Positions 1 through 9,208 of a DNA stretch of 64,000 nt are shown here, one piece after another. How positions within the stretch are numbered: the stretch's first letter is position 1; each line of letters begins with the position of its first letter. The translations under genes and the position numbers were made by a program. The stretch is from a phage, in the NCBI GenBank assembly GCA_026683435.1, contig GCA_026683435.1_4866.1; one strand, written 5' to 3'. Under the pieces are notes generated by a model, which saw only the letters and a list, made by a program, of their open reading frames with translations, had not been told where the DNA came from and did no database searches.

Positions 1-122
1 TATAACGAACCGAAAGGGAAGAATCTGCGAGGTAAGAAAGGTCGAATGCGGGTTGCTTCTGCGAGGCTGAAGCCATCCTGGTTTAATCCTTCAATAGCAC
101 TAGGATTACTTGGTCTGTACAT
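1..122 (-). CDS. hypothetical protein, N-terminal fragment (gene runs off the window start)
   Basis: Minus-strand ATG at 120-122 preceded by AAGG RBS; frame stays open to position 1. Confidence 0.35.
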   Translation of the reverse strand, partial: MYRPSNPSAIEGLNQDGFSLAEATRIRPFLPRRFFPFGSL

Positions 123-180
123 GATGCTTACCTTTTATAGTCGAGTTGGGGAAATTCAGATGAGGCTTTCTCATCTCACT

Positions 181-199
181 TAGGTAATATCTATCTGTG
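181..199 (-). promoter_or_regulatory. conserved upstream motif P1 (plus-strand reading TAGGTAATATCTATCTGTG), copy 1
   Basis: One of four near-identical copies; lies 51-69 nt upstream of the minus-strand start at 122. Confidence 0.4.
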
Positions 200-211
200 A
201 ATATTTGGGAT

Positions 212-254
212 ACAAAAAAATAAAAGAGTTGTCCTCACTCCGAAGAGTGAGGAC
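212..254 (-). terminator. intrinsic terminator: 10-bp stem with CGAA loop (231-254) plus T-run on minus strand
   Basis: gtcctcactc-cgaa-gagtgaggac hairpin directly downstream of the 345..1166 gene, followed on the minus strand by a T-rich run (plus-strand A-run 212-229). Confidence 0.6.
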
Positions 255-344
255 TTCCCTGGTGTTGGCATGTAAATCTACAAGGTCTTACAAGGTCAGA
301 CGAGGGCTAATCGTCAGGAACATAGCTACTGGGCGTTAGCTAAT

Positions 345-1166
345 TCAGCGAAGGGCGTCGGTAGTCTTACCGTGAGAGTTAACCACGTAGACTTCGTCGC
401 CTTTATAAAACAGTTCGTACAACGCACCGGCACTGATCTGGTTATCAGGATCGTACCCAGATTCTTCTTCGATGCACATTGCGCCAATCAGTTCATCGAC
501 TGACCGGTCGCCAGGGCGAGCGCCTTTTAAAACAGTAACAACACACTCACCGTTAATCCACTGCGACTGCTCCTGGACATCAGTGAACTCGATAGATGGG
601 CCAGGCTCTAATTCGACTTGTTGCAGTTCTTCCTGAGTGTAGACAATGATCGCCATGTCGCTATCAGGAGATGGTTTGTACCAGCCTAATTTCTCTGGGG
701 GAGTACCGTAACCGATGATTTCACCACGTATGCTAGCCACAGCATCAGGTATACTGGAATTTGTGTCCAGTACCAGAACAGCATTACTTTTTTCACCCAG
801 CACATAGCTGATAAAGCCACGTCCATTGCAGTTAAACAACGCAACGTCGTCCAAATCAGGAATAACCAGATTCGGGAAAAGCTGTTTCAGGTATAAATGG
901 GCAGCTTCCTGATCTTTAAGCATTCGGGTTAGCCAACTGTAATAATCGGACGGGTGTATGGTGTTCGGATCAGGCACATCAGGGGCAACGCGTTTTAACC
1001 CCGGATTAAGGGCTAACTTTTCATCATCGACAACGATGTCGAAGCGCTCGTTCTCGAGCATTTTTAATGCCTCGCGGAATACACGAGACTTACGGTCACC
1101 GATACGAACCTTTTCATGCTCGGTAATAATGCGGTCACCATCAATTACACGTTTAACTGTAAACAT
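345..1166 (-). CDS. hypothetical protein (273 aa)
   Basis: Long ORF; AGAAGGAAG RBS upstream of ATG at 1166. Confidence 0.6.
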   Translation of the reverse strand: MFTVKRVIDGDRIITEHEKVRIGDRKSRVFREALKMLENERFDIVVDDEKLALNPGLKRVAPDVPDPNTIHPSDYYSWLTRMLKDQEAAHLYLKQLFPNLVIPDLDDVALFNCNGRGFISYVLGEKSNAVLVLDTNSSIPDAVASIRGEIIGYGTPPEKLGWYKPSPDSDMAIIVYTQEELQQVELEPGPSIEFTDVQEQSQWINGECVVTVLKGARPGDRSVDELIGAMCIEEESGYDPDNQISAGALYELFYKGDEVYVVNSHGKTTDALR

Positions 1167-1622
1167 GTTGCTTCCTTCTTACTACTATTGCTGCTTCTAT
1201 TGGTAGTCCACGACATATCCCTCGTGGGTGGGTTCGGTGTGTAACCGAATAAGTTTTTCTGTTCCCAGGGCAACGCACCAGGCTTAATTGATTTAGTTGG
1301 CAAACCAGGAACAGAAAAGGGGTATACAGACTAGGGCGCGAGGTGGCTCTGGATTGATGCGTAAGAAAAACCCAAACGGCCCTGGCCTGTAAGTTGGCCC
1401 GAAGTCACCGTGTCGGAGGACAGCCCATGCAGGTAGGCGGCAATGGACACGGTGACCGCGGAAGTGGTTCGTGTTACCCTTGACCCGTGTGTGGATACGC
1501 GTCTTATTTCGAATGCCTTCGGGATAAGGATAACACAAATAGGGCGAGCAAGTGGCAGGGATTCGAACCGTCGAAATATCCGATTATGAGTCGGGTGTTA
1601 ATTCCTCTAACTTCGCTGCTCT

Positions 1623-1691
1623 TGCTTTGACCGGTCTCGAACCGGCGACCTTCCTCAAAGAGGCTGCTCTACCTACCTGAGCTACAAAGCC
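1623..1691 (-). ncRNA. tRNA-like element, possibly a degenerate or pseudo tRNA
   Basis: Minus-strand sequence has an acceptor stem, a D-arm (GCTC/GAGC) and a good T-arm (GCCGG-TTCGAGA-CCGGT), but the anticodon arm does not fold canonically (CCTC-TTT-GAGG). Confidence 0.3.
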
Positions 1692-2452
1692 GTTGTAAGG
1701 TGCCGGTGCTTCCCGGCGTGTGTTAGTGCACTCAGCTCCCTCGGGCTTATCTGCGGCAACACGTTGCCCGGAGCACCGACATATACCACAGTAACCTCGT
1801 AAAGTCACTCTGGTATTGTTCGTTGCATACTACTAAGTTACCACGTAAACGATTTCATCACTTCCATAAATAATAATTAACCTAAATTCATTTCTGAATG
1901 CAGGTGATGGACTTCTTCTTCTGAGCCTGGCCGTAAGGTCAGGTCTTAGCGTCTCCAAGCACCACCCGCTATCACGTACATTCGTGGCGTACCGGCCGTA
2001 TGAGGTACCGCGCCTACGGTGACACACAGTCACCCTAACACTGGGAACTCAATCCCATTCGGTTATCAAATTGTGGATTTACAGGCGTAGCGTAGCGGCT
2101 TAATGGGCCGGTGCTTGCCTGTCCCCTAGGGACGGTTGTCGTGGAGACGCCAGTCTGTAAGTGGGGCCCTTGCGGGAAAACCCATCGCCTGTAAACCAAA
2201 CATGATTGAATACCCAGAACCGGACGTTGGAAATCAACATCCTGATGTACTGGAGTATTTCATGCATAAACGTGTCTCGTATCGAATGAGGTTATGACCG
2301 GTCAGATACCCAGCATCCTGTACAAGCGACCTGGTGCTTTGTGTACCTGGCTGCTACGGATTTATTGGTCTACCGTAGGTCTAAGCTACTACCGGCTCAT
2401 GCGGGACATCAACCCGCACAATCTGAGTAAGTATCACGGCTCGAATAGGGTT

Positions 2453-2470
2453 AGTGGGCCGAAGCCCACT
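2453..2470. other. CGAA-loop hairpin (gtgggc-cgaa-gcccac)
   Basis: Inverted repeat read directly; member of the recurring hairpin family; no clear T-run. Confidence 0.4.
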
Positions 2471-2472
2471 GT

Positions 2473-2715
2473 TTAGCCAGCGTTGAACGATTCATGAACG
2501 ACGGTCCCAGCAGGATAGTGCGTAGTGCCGATAAGAGTAACGGTCAGGGTAACCCCTTCATCCCAGCGCTCTTTCGGTAACCAGCGGCAGTCCATCCAAT
2601 GACCACGGTCGGGAGGAATTGCACACGCGGCTTGCTCCGTAGGAGCCGCCACGATTATGGAATCAAATTCATCATACCCGATATCGTCAGTTCGTTCTAG
2701 CAAGTACAAATTCAT
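2473..2715 (-). CDS. hypothetical small protein (~80 aa)
   Basis: ORF with GGAGA RBS before ATG at 2715 (ORF track started at an upstream TTG). Confidence 0.4.
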   Translation of the reverse strand: MNLYLLERTDDIGYDEFDSIIVAAPTEQAACAIPPDRGHWMDCRWLPKERWDEGVTLTVTLIGTTHYPAGTVVHESFNAG

Positions 2716-2769
2716 GTTGTTCTCCAACAGTTGACAAATCTGTGTCTTCTGTGTTGAACCTGAATTCGT

Positions 2770-2845
2770 TGGCTAAATGTGGCGGGGGCACGAGGTTTCG
2801 AACCTCGAACCTTCGGTTTTGGAGACCGGTGCGCTACCAATTGCG
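2770..2845 (-). tRNA. trnW: tRNA-Trp (anticodon CCA)
   Basis: Clean cloverleaf on the minus strand: acceptor GGGGGTA/TGCCCCC, D-arm GCGC-AATTGGTA-GCGC, anticodon loop CTCCAAA, T-arm CGAGG-TTCGAAA-CCTCG, discriminator G, encoded CCA. Confidence 0.85.
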
Positions 2846-2983
2846 CCATACCCCCAGAATCTTTACTCGGGTGCCATACGGATGGGAGGGGACTTCTTGC
2901 GCTGACCAAACAACGTCAAAACCGTATCCCGTAAACCCAACTGCTTTGGCTTATCCTGATTCTTCTTCGGCTTTTGAGACACG

Positions 2984-3454
2984 TTAAATCTCCTGGACTG
3001 GGCCACCCGTGTTGATATCAAACTTTGCAGCGATGCGAACAGCGTCTGCTGAACTCGCCCCTGCTGCCATTGCCCCGATTGCAAACTCGCAACCCGACCC
3101 AACCGCGACCGGTGGTTGCACAACCGCCATCCAGGGAAGTTCATCGTCTTCGTACTGGCCGCCAGTGTACACAACACCTTTGTCCGTAATCGCGATGTAC
3201 TTGAGCGTGATACCTTTGGGGAATCGGTGGTTGGACGTGAGACCGTTGTAACTCGTCAACGCTTCATGAACCGCTTGTACGCCAACCAGTTTTCCAGCGA
3301 CGCCATAAGCCACGATTTGATTACCATCCAAACGCCAGTTATCGCTGGGTTTGGCCATGAAGATTTTCTGCGTGTTCATGTCCAGGCGATAATCGCCTAA
3401 GGTCATCTGGCTGTCAGAAGCCAGGACTTTTCCGTCGAACGCTATCGTCGTCAT
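2984..3454 (-). CDS. HslV-like / proteasome beta-type Ntn-hydrolase peptidase
   Basis: Begins Met-Thr-Thr-Ile (N-terminal Thr nucleophile), has DSQMTLG and VAVGSGCEFA segments resembling HslV GDGQATLG and IAIGSGG; GAGGAAGG RBS; ATG overlaps the upstream stop (ATGA). Confidence 0.6.
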   Translation of the reverse strand: MTTIAFDGKVLASDSQMTLGDYRLDMNTQKIFMAKPSDNWRLDGNQIVAYGVAGKLVGVQAVHEALTSYNGLTSNHRFPKGITLKYIAITDKGVVYTGGQYEDDELPWMAVVQPPVAVGSGCEFAIGAMAAGASSADAVRIAAKFDINTGGPVQEI

Positions 3455-4026
3455 TGGGTCACCTTCCTCGGTGTGTACTCGAATGTCGTTTCCGTCAGGT
3501 AATCCTGGCGGATCCAAGTCAGCTCCTGGCCTTGCTCACACTTGATGTTCGTAACCAAACCGGCTTCAAGTGGTAGCTCACAGACCGAAACGATTCCGGG
3601 TTTATCACCGTCCCAATATGCGAATGCCGCAGCAGGGGTTGTTGCCCCGACGATGATTCCGGAATCGACGTAGTCTTCGGTAGCGGCGTCGCTGTACACC
3701 AGGTACAGTTTGAGCGTCGAAGGTTGTTTAACCTGAAATCCGAAATACGTCCCGGTGTTGCCTGAGGGAAATTCCCAGGAATGTCTGGCAGGTTCGGAAA
3801 CAAACTCCAAACCGGGATGGGAGTAATCTTCCCATCGGCCCATCTTCAGGACTACGCCTGCAGCGACATCCGTTGCGGCAACTGGACCGTCGTAGCAGCA
3901 CGCAACCGCTGGACGCTCTGCGCTAACCGGCCAGAAGGATTTGGCCTGCTCCTCGTTTTCGGCTAAGACAACCAAAACCGATTCTGGTACCTCGTTCCGG
4001 TAAAACCCGATGCGATACAAGTTCAT
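3451..4026 (-). CDS. hypothetical protein (191 aa), translationally coupled to the HslV-like gene
   Basis: Long ORF; its stop overlaps the downstream start. Confidence 0.55.
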   Translation of the reverse strand: MNLYRIGFYRNEVPESVLVVLAENEEQAKSFWPVSAERPAVACCYDGPVAATDVAAGVVLKMGRWEDYSHPGLEFVSEPARHSWEFPSGNTGTYFGFQVKQPSTLKLYLVYSDAATEDYVDSGIIVGATTPAAAFAYWDGDKPGIVSVCELPLEAGLVTNIKCEQGQELTWIRQDYLTETTFEYTPRKVTQ

Positions 4027-4933
4027 GGTTTAATTCTCCGTTTGGTTTATCATACCTCACGCAGAATCTGTAAATTTTAATCAGCCAGGTACTGGCGTTT
4101 CACAACGGGAGTACCCACCCCTCTCGTCTGTTCCGAGCCGTCAAGATCCGATCACCCCACTTTGGAGTTATCCCCCAAGTCTGCGGTTCTACACGCAGAC
4201 CCCTTTTCGACGCAACGCCGAATTCGAATCAGTTTTGGCCCGACGCCAGAGCGGAATCAGCGATAACTATCGGAGGTAAGTTCAACGACGTCTCTCCGCT
4301 GCCCAGTCCTCTGGCGCTGCCACGGTCAACTCGGATTTTGTCATGGGTGAGCAGTCGACTTTCTCGACACTCTCGCAAACCGAACTACGCCCGACGTAGC
4401 ACCGTCGGCAGGTCGGTTATTTACCGAGTACCTGAATGGGTGGTGATTGTCGGAATCCCCGCCGACGCTCACCGGTTCTGTTCCACGGCGAAAGTTTTCC
4501 AGAACATAATAAATCACGCAGTGTTAGATTGCGCTTTGTCGAAGACACCACGGTAGGTATTTTCGAAAAAGCGTCCTGGGTAACAATCCCAGGACTTGGA
4601 GCCCTAGCGTGCAGGGTTTAAAAGTGATTGGACCATTGGCGCGGTCAATCGCTATTCGCATATAACAACAAACTCACGTAATCAAAAAATTACCGGCTCG
4701 AGGCGTAGGCGTCCAGGAGCCGGTGAGTCACACAGCAGTGAGTCCCTCTGCGGGGATTTTCGTGGAGCTTGTCGTTGGAATAAAAATCCGTCCCCGGACG
4801 GGTTGGTATTGTGGGTCGACTTGTCAGAGTCTAACGACCAGGGAGGCGACCACCGAAGCTATGGGTTTTTGGACATCGAGTGGTGGTCTGAACACACGAT
4901 AGGGAAACCACGTAAAAAATACACGGGGTACCC

Positions 4934-5177
4934 GATCTCGGTCTTCCGTCCGATCACGATCTCTTAATAAGGATCACGCGCGCGCCCGCACGCGTTTTAA
5001 GATCTTAATATATTAATATATTTATTTATATAAATAATTATAATAATTAAATATAATACCTAAAGGTATTATTATATTTAATATTATTATATATTTTAAA
5101 AGATCCTGGAGGATACGGGTGCGCGCACGCGCACGCGTATAAGGAAAGGGTCTTCGACCCGATCCACAGGATCGATC
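4934..5177. other. GATC (Dam-site) cluster: 9 GATC in about 244 bp
   Basis: Counted directly: GATC at 4934, 4952, 4958, 4972, 5001, 5102, 5161, 5170, 5174. Confidence 0.7.
4973..5139. repeat. ~100-bp nearly pure AT palindromic core (centre near 5059-5068) flanked by alternating-CG tracts; candidate DNA unwinding element / origin
   Basis: Left flank cacgcgcgcgcccgcacgcg, right flank gtgcgcgcacgcgcacgcg; AT core with imperfect inverted symmetry around acctaaaggt. Confidence 0.6.
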
Positions 5178-5232
5178 TAAAAAACAATCTAAGTGATTGT
5201 TTTAAAAAGAAATTTTGAGAATTAGATTAAAT

Positions 5233-5252
5233 TATCCCCTAAGGGGGATTTT
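5233..5252 (+). terminator. hairpin atcccct-a-agggggat followed by TTTTAG
   Basis: Inverted repeat plus short T-run read directly. Confidence 0.35.
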
Positions 5253-5740
5253 AGAGTGAGTTAAACAACCCAAAGAACTCGTAAGTAACCGACAGTGTGT
5301 GTCGGTTACAGAACGATCCAGTTTTCACCCAGACATGGCACGAAGTGCTACCCAACGTGTGATCGTCGTCGCCGGCCGCGACCGTTGTCCCGGAACCGAA
5401 ACGGGAATGGCTCTCTCGCGCTCTCAGCGGCCCGCTGGCGCGATTTTCCGGTATAGGGAACCCAAGTGTACCGGGTCTGAGTTAAATCTCGTTCTAGCGC
5501 TTTCTAGAGCGTTTTTAATAACTGGTTAAAAAACATACAATCCTGAATCCCCATTCCCTGAATTTCCTCGCTCCGACAAAAATAAATTCTCTGTCTCGAT
5601 ACATAACCCCCTCTAAAACGCACGTAACCGACCCTAGAAAACGATAAACTGCCAAAAACGAGCTACCCTACGTCGATACCACCTAATCGTTTTCTGATGC
5701 TTCCCAGACCCCTTTAACCGGTTGGTTAAAAAGTAACCAA

Positions 5741-5789
5741 AAAAATAAAAAAAAAATAAGATTGGCGTACTCCCCGAAGAGAGTACGCC
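5741..5789 (-). terminator. intrinsic terminator: hairpin ggcgtactc-cccgaaga-gagtacgcc plus T-run on minus strand
   Basis: Directly downstream of the minus-strand gene ending at 5797; plus-strand A-run 5741-5760. Confidence 0.6.
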
Positions 5790-5796
5790 TAGTGAC

Positions 5797-6306
5797 TTAA
5801 CACTTGATGGTGTAGCCATCAAGGCCAAGGTGTACTGGTTTTATCCATAACCCTGGCTCCCCGAAAATATTCAGGTCGTAAGTTTGGTAATGCATGATCT
5901 TTGCAGGAACATGCACACCCATGCTTTGCAGAAATTCCCAGACGGCGACGTAGCGTTCACGAGTGATGAACATTAGCCCGGAGTCGAACCCGGAACCGAT
6001 GTCTAGGAAATTACCAAGAGAACTGTCAAAACTTGACACCCCATCTTGAGTAAGTGCGACCAACCCTTTAGTTAAATCTCTGTGGTTGTCAATGAAGTTA
6101 CAGAGATCTACGATGGTTATTTGACCGTAAATACGACGGAGGACGGCAGCAACAGCCAAAATCTCGCTGGTATTTCCGTAGTCACCTAAAGGGTTATGGT
6201 CCATCATCGCAGTAATTATGCTTGTGTCGCAGAGGTCGATTAACCGCTGGTCGTGTACCGCCAGGTTAAGACCTTGCCCCACCTGCACGGTTGGCGCAGT
6301 AAACAT
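5797..6306 (-). CDS. hypothetical protein (169 aa)
   Basis: ORF; strong AAGGAG RBS before ATG at 6306 (ORF track began at an upstream in-frame Met). Confidence 0.55.
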   Translation of the reverse strand: MFTAPTVQVGQGLNLAVHDQRLIDLCDTSIITAMMDHNPLGDYGNTSEILAVAAVLRRIYGQITIVDLCNFIDNHRDLTKGLVALTQDGVSSFDSSLGNFLDIGSGFDSGLMFITRERYVAVWEFLQSMGVHVPAKIMHYQTYDLNIFGEPGLWIKPVHLGLDGYTIKC

Positions 6307-6316
6307 AGGAGGCTCC

Positions 6317-7450
6317 TTACGTTTTGACTGACTGTGAAGGTAATCTGGCATCGTACATTAAAAAGATTTCCAGCAGGCTCATACCCGTCGCGTAAAAGAT
6401 TTGGTCTGTGATGACACTCACTAACGCATCTGGGTCAATCGCATCTACTGCGAAATCGCTGTCGAACTGCCAGAACTCGACGTCATCCCCCTTTTCAAAC
6501 GTCGCGGCATACAATCCAGGTTTCACACCACGCCGGAACGAAAAGAGTTTTGCGTCAGACTCAGTGTCCTTACCATAAATTTCCCCGTCGGTCCGTGTGA
6601 TCGCTGCGCGTTTACACCGAGTTACCGTAAGGAGCGCACGGTTTGCAGATGCTTGCGATTTAAACGGATAGGGGCCATCGTATGTCGGGACATTCTGGTC
6701 GCCTAAGGCATCAAGTGCCTTACTCCGATAGACTACCGGAGACTTAAAATTACACAGTCGATTCCCTTCGGTAAACATTGTGTATTCGACCTTAACGTCG
6801 GTACCGACGAGGTCAGCAGGGGACACTTTGTAGTGTGCTAACTGTCCCTGCACGCGGCGAGAGAGCATCGATGCCAGGAAGGTATGGTTGCCCTGTGTAC
6901 GCAAGACATAACCGAACTCTGTGCAGTCGACGATACGAGCGTCCATACGTCGTACAGGCTCCAGCCGGTAAGTCACATCATTCGCTTCGATAAGAAACTG
7001 ACTGATGCTAACATCGCGAGATCGATGTTTGATTGCTTCAAACACTTCACCCGCTTCCAGAATAGCTGGTTCAATTACATTGACCTGGAATGGGAGGGGT
7101 TTCGTCGGCCGTTGACCCATTGTTGTCACTGTCATCGAACGTAGCCACGGATCGTCCTCGCTAGGGTCATTGGAAAGCCAATGTGTTAACCAGCGAGAAA
7201 GGTTCTGAGGAATCGTTGCGGTTGAATATAAAATCACGGTACCCATTATGCCTGCATCGGCCAGCAAGCGCGCGAGTACCGTGTTCATCGAATCGTATTT
7301 GCCATTTCGAAGAATAGGTAATCCCCCGACCTGGACCATTTCGCAGATGACGCCGTGCGGCAGCACCCACATCTTCACTTGTTGGGCAGAATGTATCTGC
7401 CCCGTGCGTAGCTTTTCTTGCCACGCGTGCTTACGTTCATAGTTCATCAT
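6317..7450 (-). CDS. hypothetical protein (377 aa)
   Basis: Long ORF; AAGGAG RBS before ATG at 7450. Confidence 0.6.
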   Translation of the reverse strand: MMNYERKHAWQEKLRTGQIHSAQQVKMWVLPHGVICEMVQVGGLPILRNGKYDSMNTVLARLLADAGIMGTVILYSTATIPQNLSRWLTHWLSNDPSEDDPWLRSMTVTTMGQRPTKPLPFQVNVIEPAILEAGEVFEAIKHRSRDVSISQFLIEANDVTYRLEPVRRMDARIVDCTEFGYVLRTQGNHTFLASMLSRRVQGQLAHYKVSPADLVGTDVKVEYTMFTEGNRLCNFKSPVVYRSKALDALGDQNVPTYDGPYPFKSQASANRALLTVTRCKRAAITRTDGEIYGKDTESDAKLFSFRRGVKPGLYAATFEKGDDVEFWQFDSDFAVDAIDPDALVSVITDQIFYATGMSLLEIFLMYDARLPSQSVKT

Positions 7451-7522
7451 TGGGTAAAATCTCCTTCAGGTATACTCTCAGTATGATAACATATATCCGT
7501 AAATTTTTAGAGGTTTAGTGCC

Positions 7523-8899
7523 ATGTCTGAACTGGTTTATGATTTCAGTACCGGTTGTTATCGCGATACCGGAGTGAAGGTTGCCGTCGAATCATTCGGA
7601 CGTGACCCATTCTTCGACGATGACACGTATTCTACGGGCTTGTATTACGACTACGGTTTTGGCGGCTACGTTCCGATGGGGCTGGTAGTTGCTGCAGAAG
7701 CCATGAAGAATGACCGATTACGTAAAGTGTTTGACGAATGCTTTAAACACGTCGTAATCGATCGTCGTTTTGCAAAGCAAATTCAACTTCACGTAGACAA
7801 CATCCTTAAACGTGAAGGCAATGTGGAGTGGCTAGGGTCTAATCTATTAGGCGTCCACACCATTCGTTTCTACGATTCTGACCGTAACCGCTTTTTTGAA
7901 GATGTCTTGAAAGTGGATGAAGATTATCTGTTCGAGATGATTAAAGAATCGGGTACGATTAACACCGACTGGGCAGTGGCGGGTGATCCGTATAACCTCT
8001 CTACAGTGTATACTCTACATCGAATGATGTCGAAATTCGCCGATCGTGAAATCCACGCCGCGGCGGTATCGTTGGTAACGTTGCTGCAATTCAAATTCTA
8101 CTCCAGTATATATTATCACTTCTTCCCCAAGCCGGTCGACATGGCCGCTGCCGACGCCGCATACTCGATGTTGTCGTTAAAGTTCGATATCCGTCGTTTA
8201 GGCAACTGGGGTCTGCACATGCAGGAGCGTTCAGAATACTTCTGTTCTCCGGAGTACCCAAACTACGACGCGGTTAAACGTTTTGATACGCCAGACCTGG
8301 TATTGCGTTTTATCACCGACCTGAACACCCGTACCAAACAAACTGTGAAGGACTATTACGCGGTGCTGGACAAAGTGCGTCGTGATAACAGTCGTGTGAT
8401 TACGCAGTCAACCCGAATTGAGTTAGACGGTGAATCGATTATCCGTGACAAAGTGGGTGCGCTGGATATCGCTAAGCAGAATTTGTTCGATGCGTCTTAC
8501 GACATCAACAATCTCTACAAAGAGCAATTGGCAAAAGTGGTGTTGGAGCTAGTACCCAAAGCATCTCCCGCGGCACTGAAAACTTTGCTGGCGTATATTG
8601 CAAGTCTACCGCTTGGCAAAAAGCGTGATGAGATTAACGCTATCATGGAGGACACGCTATCGCACGCGTTCGATGAAATTGTTACCTCTCGTCTGAACTT
8701 TAACGATGCGAGCACGGTTCTACTGCGTATGCGTTCGTTGTACCAGGCTTCGAAGTCCCCTAACCCATACGTGTTATCGTTGCGTGAACGGATTGAGAAA
8801 CTGGCCGCACGGGAAACACACATCCGCCATGAAGCCGCTCTGGCTGCCTTACGTAATGCGTTACTGTTGTACTTCTTGATCCGCTCTTTGCAGAAATAA
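7523..8899 (+). CDS. hypothetical protein (458 aa)
   Basis: Long ORF, lone plus-strand gene here; followed by a terminator. Confidence 0.6.
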   Translation: MSELVYDFSTGCYRDTGVKVAVESFGRDPFFDDDTYSTGLYYDYGFGGYVPMGLVVAAEAMKNDRLRKVFDECFKHVVIDRRFAKQIQLHVDNILKREGNVEWLGSNLLGVHTIRFYDSDRNRFFEDVLKVDEDYLFEMIKESGTINTDWAVAGDPYNLSTVYTLHRMMSKFADREIHAAAVSLVTLLQFKFYSSIYYHFFPKPVDMAAADAAYSMLSLKFDIRRLGNWGLHMQERSEYFCSPEYPNYDAVKRFDTPDLVLRFITDLNTRTKQTVKDYYAVLDKVRRDNSRVITQSTRIELDGESIIRDKVGALDIAKQNLFDASYDINNLYKEQLAKVVLELVPKASPAALKTLLAYIASLPLGKKRDEINAIMEDTLSHAFDEIVTSRLNFNDASTVLLRMRSLYQASKSPNPYVLSLRERIEKLAARETHIRHEAALAALRNALLLYFLIRSLQK

Positions 8900-8907
8900 A
8901 ATAAAAT

Positions 8908-8950
8908 GCCACCTCTCCAGTTTCGGAGAGGTGGCTACGTCGTATTTTTT
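8908..8950. terminator. bidirectional intrinsic terminator (gccacctctcc-agtttc-ggagaggtggc)
   Basis: 11-bp stem; T-run downstream on plus strand and A-run upstream (T-run for minus strand); sits between convergent genes. Confidence 0.65.
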
Positions 8951-8965
8951 CGAGTTAAAGTTGAT

Positions 8966-9208
8966 TCAGGCGAGTGCTCCCGATACGGCAACTTGATGTA
9001 GGGTATACACAACGTGTAGCCCCGCGGTCGATAGTCCACCGATAAGCAATACGCCAAAGCTACAGATAATCTGTCCGAGCCGCATTGTGCGTGTGCAGAC
9101 ATCGTGGCTTTGTGCGTGTATGCGTATTACTTCGATGGTGTGGCGTAAGCCAAAGTATAGGCAAATCCACATTACCAGCACGATTGCGTAGTAGAGTTGA
9201 GTCATCAC
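8966..9208 (-). CDS. small predicted membrane protein (80 aa, two hydrophobic segments)
   Basis: ORF whose ATG overlaps the stop of the terminase gene (ATGA coupling); two hydrophobic stretches. Confidence 0.45.
   Translation of the reverse strand: MMTQLYYAIVLVMWICLYFGLRHTIEVIRIHAQSHDVCTRTMRLGQIICSFGVLLIGGLSTAGLHVVYTLHQVAVSGALA

Noticed and set aside
1553-1625. Possible tRNA-Met (CAT anticodon hairpin CCCGA-CTCATAA-TCGGA, TTCGAAT T-loop) on the minus strand
   Set aside because: The T-stem (GACGG vs CCCTG) and acceptor stem do not pair in any register tried and the D-arm cannot be formed; at most a decayed tRNA remnant.
1293-2033. Six-frame ORFs 1293..1538, 1584..1808 and 1833..2033
   Set aside because: No RBS, they overlap tRNA-like or structured sequence, and their translations are arginine- and cysteine-rich low-complexity; treated as noncoding.
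2712-2987. ORFs 2712..2909 (-) and 2742..2987 (+)
   Set aside because: Both overlap the tRNA-Trp gene and each other; spurious.
7470-7522. Fifth copy of the P1 promoter-like motif upstream of gene 7523..8899
   Set aside because: Only partial similarity (CTGAGAGTATA on the opposite strand); not counted.
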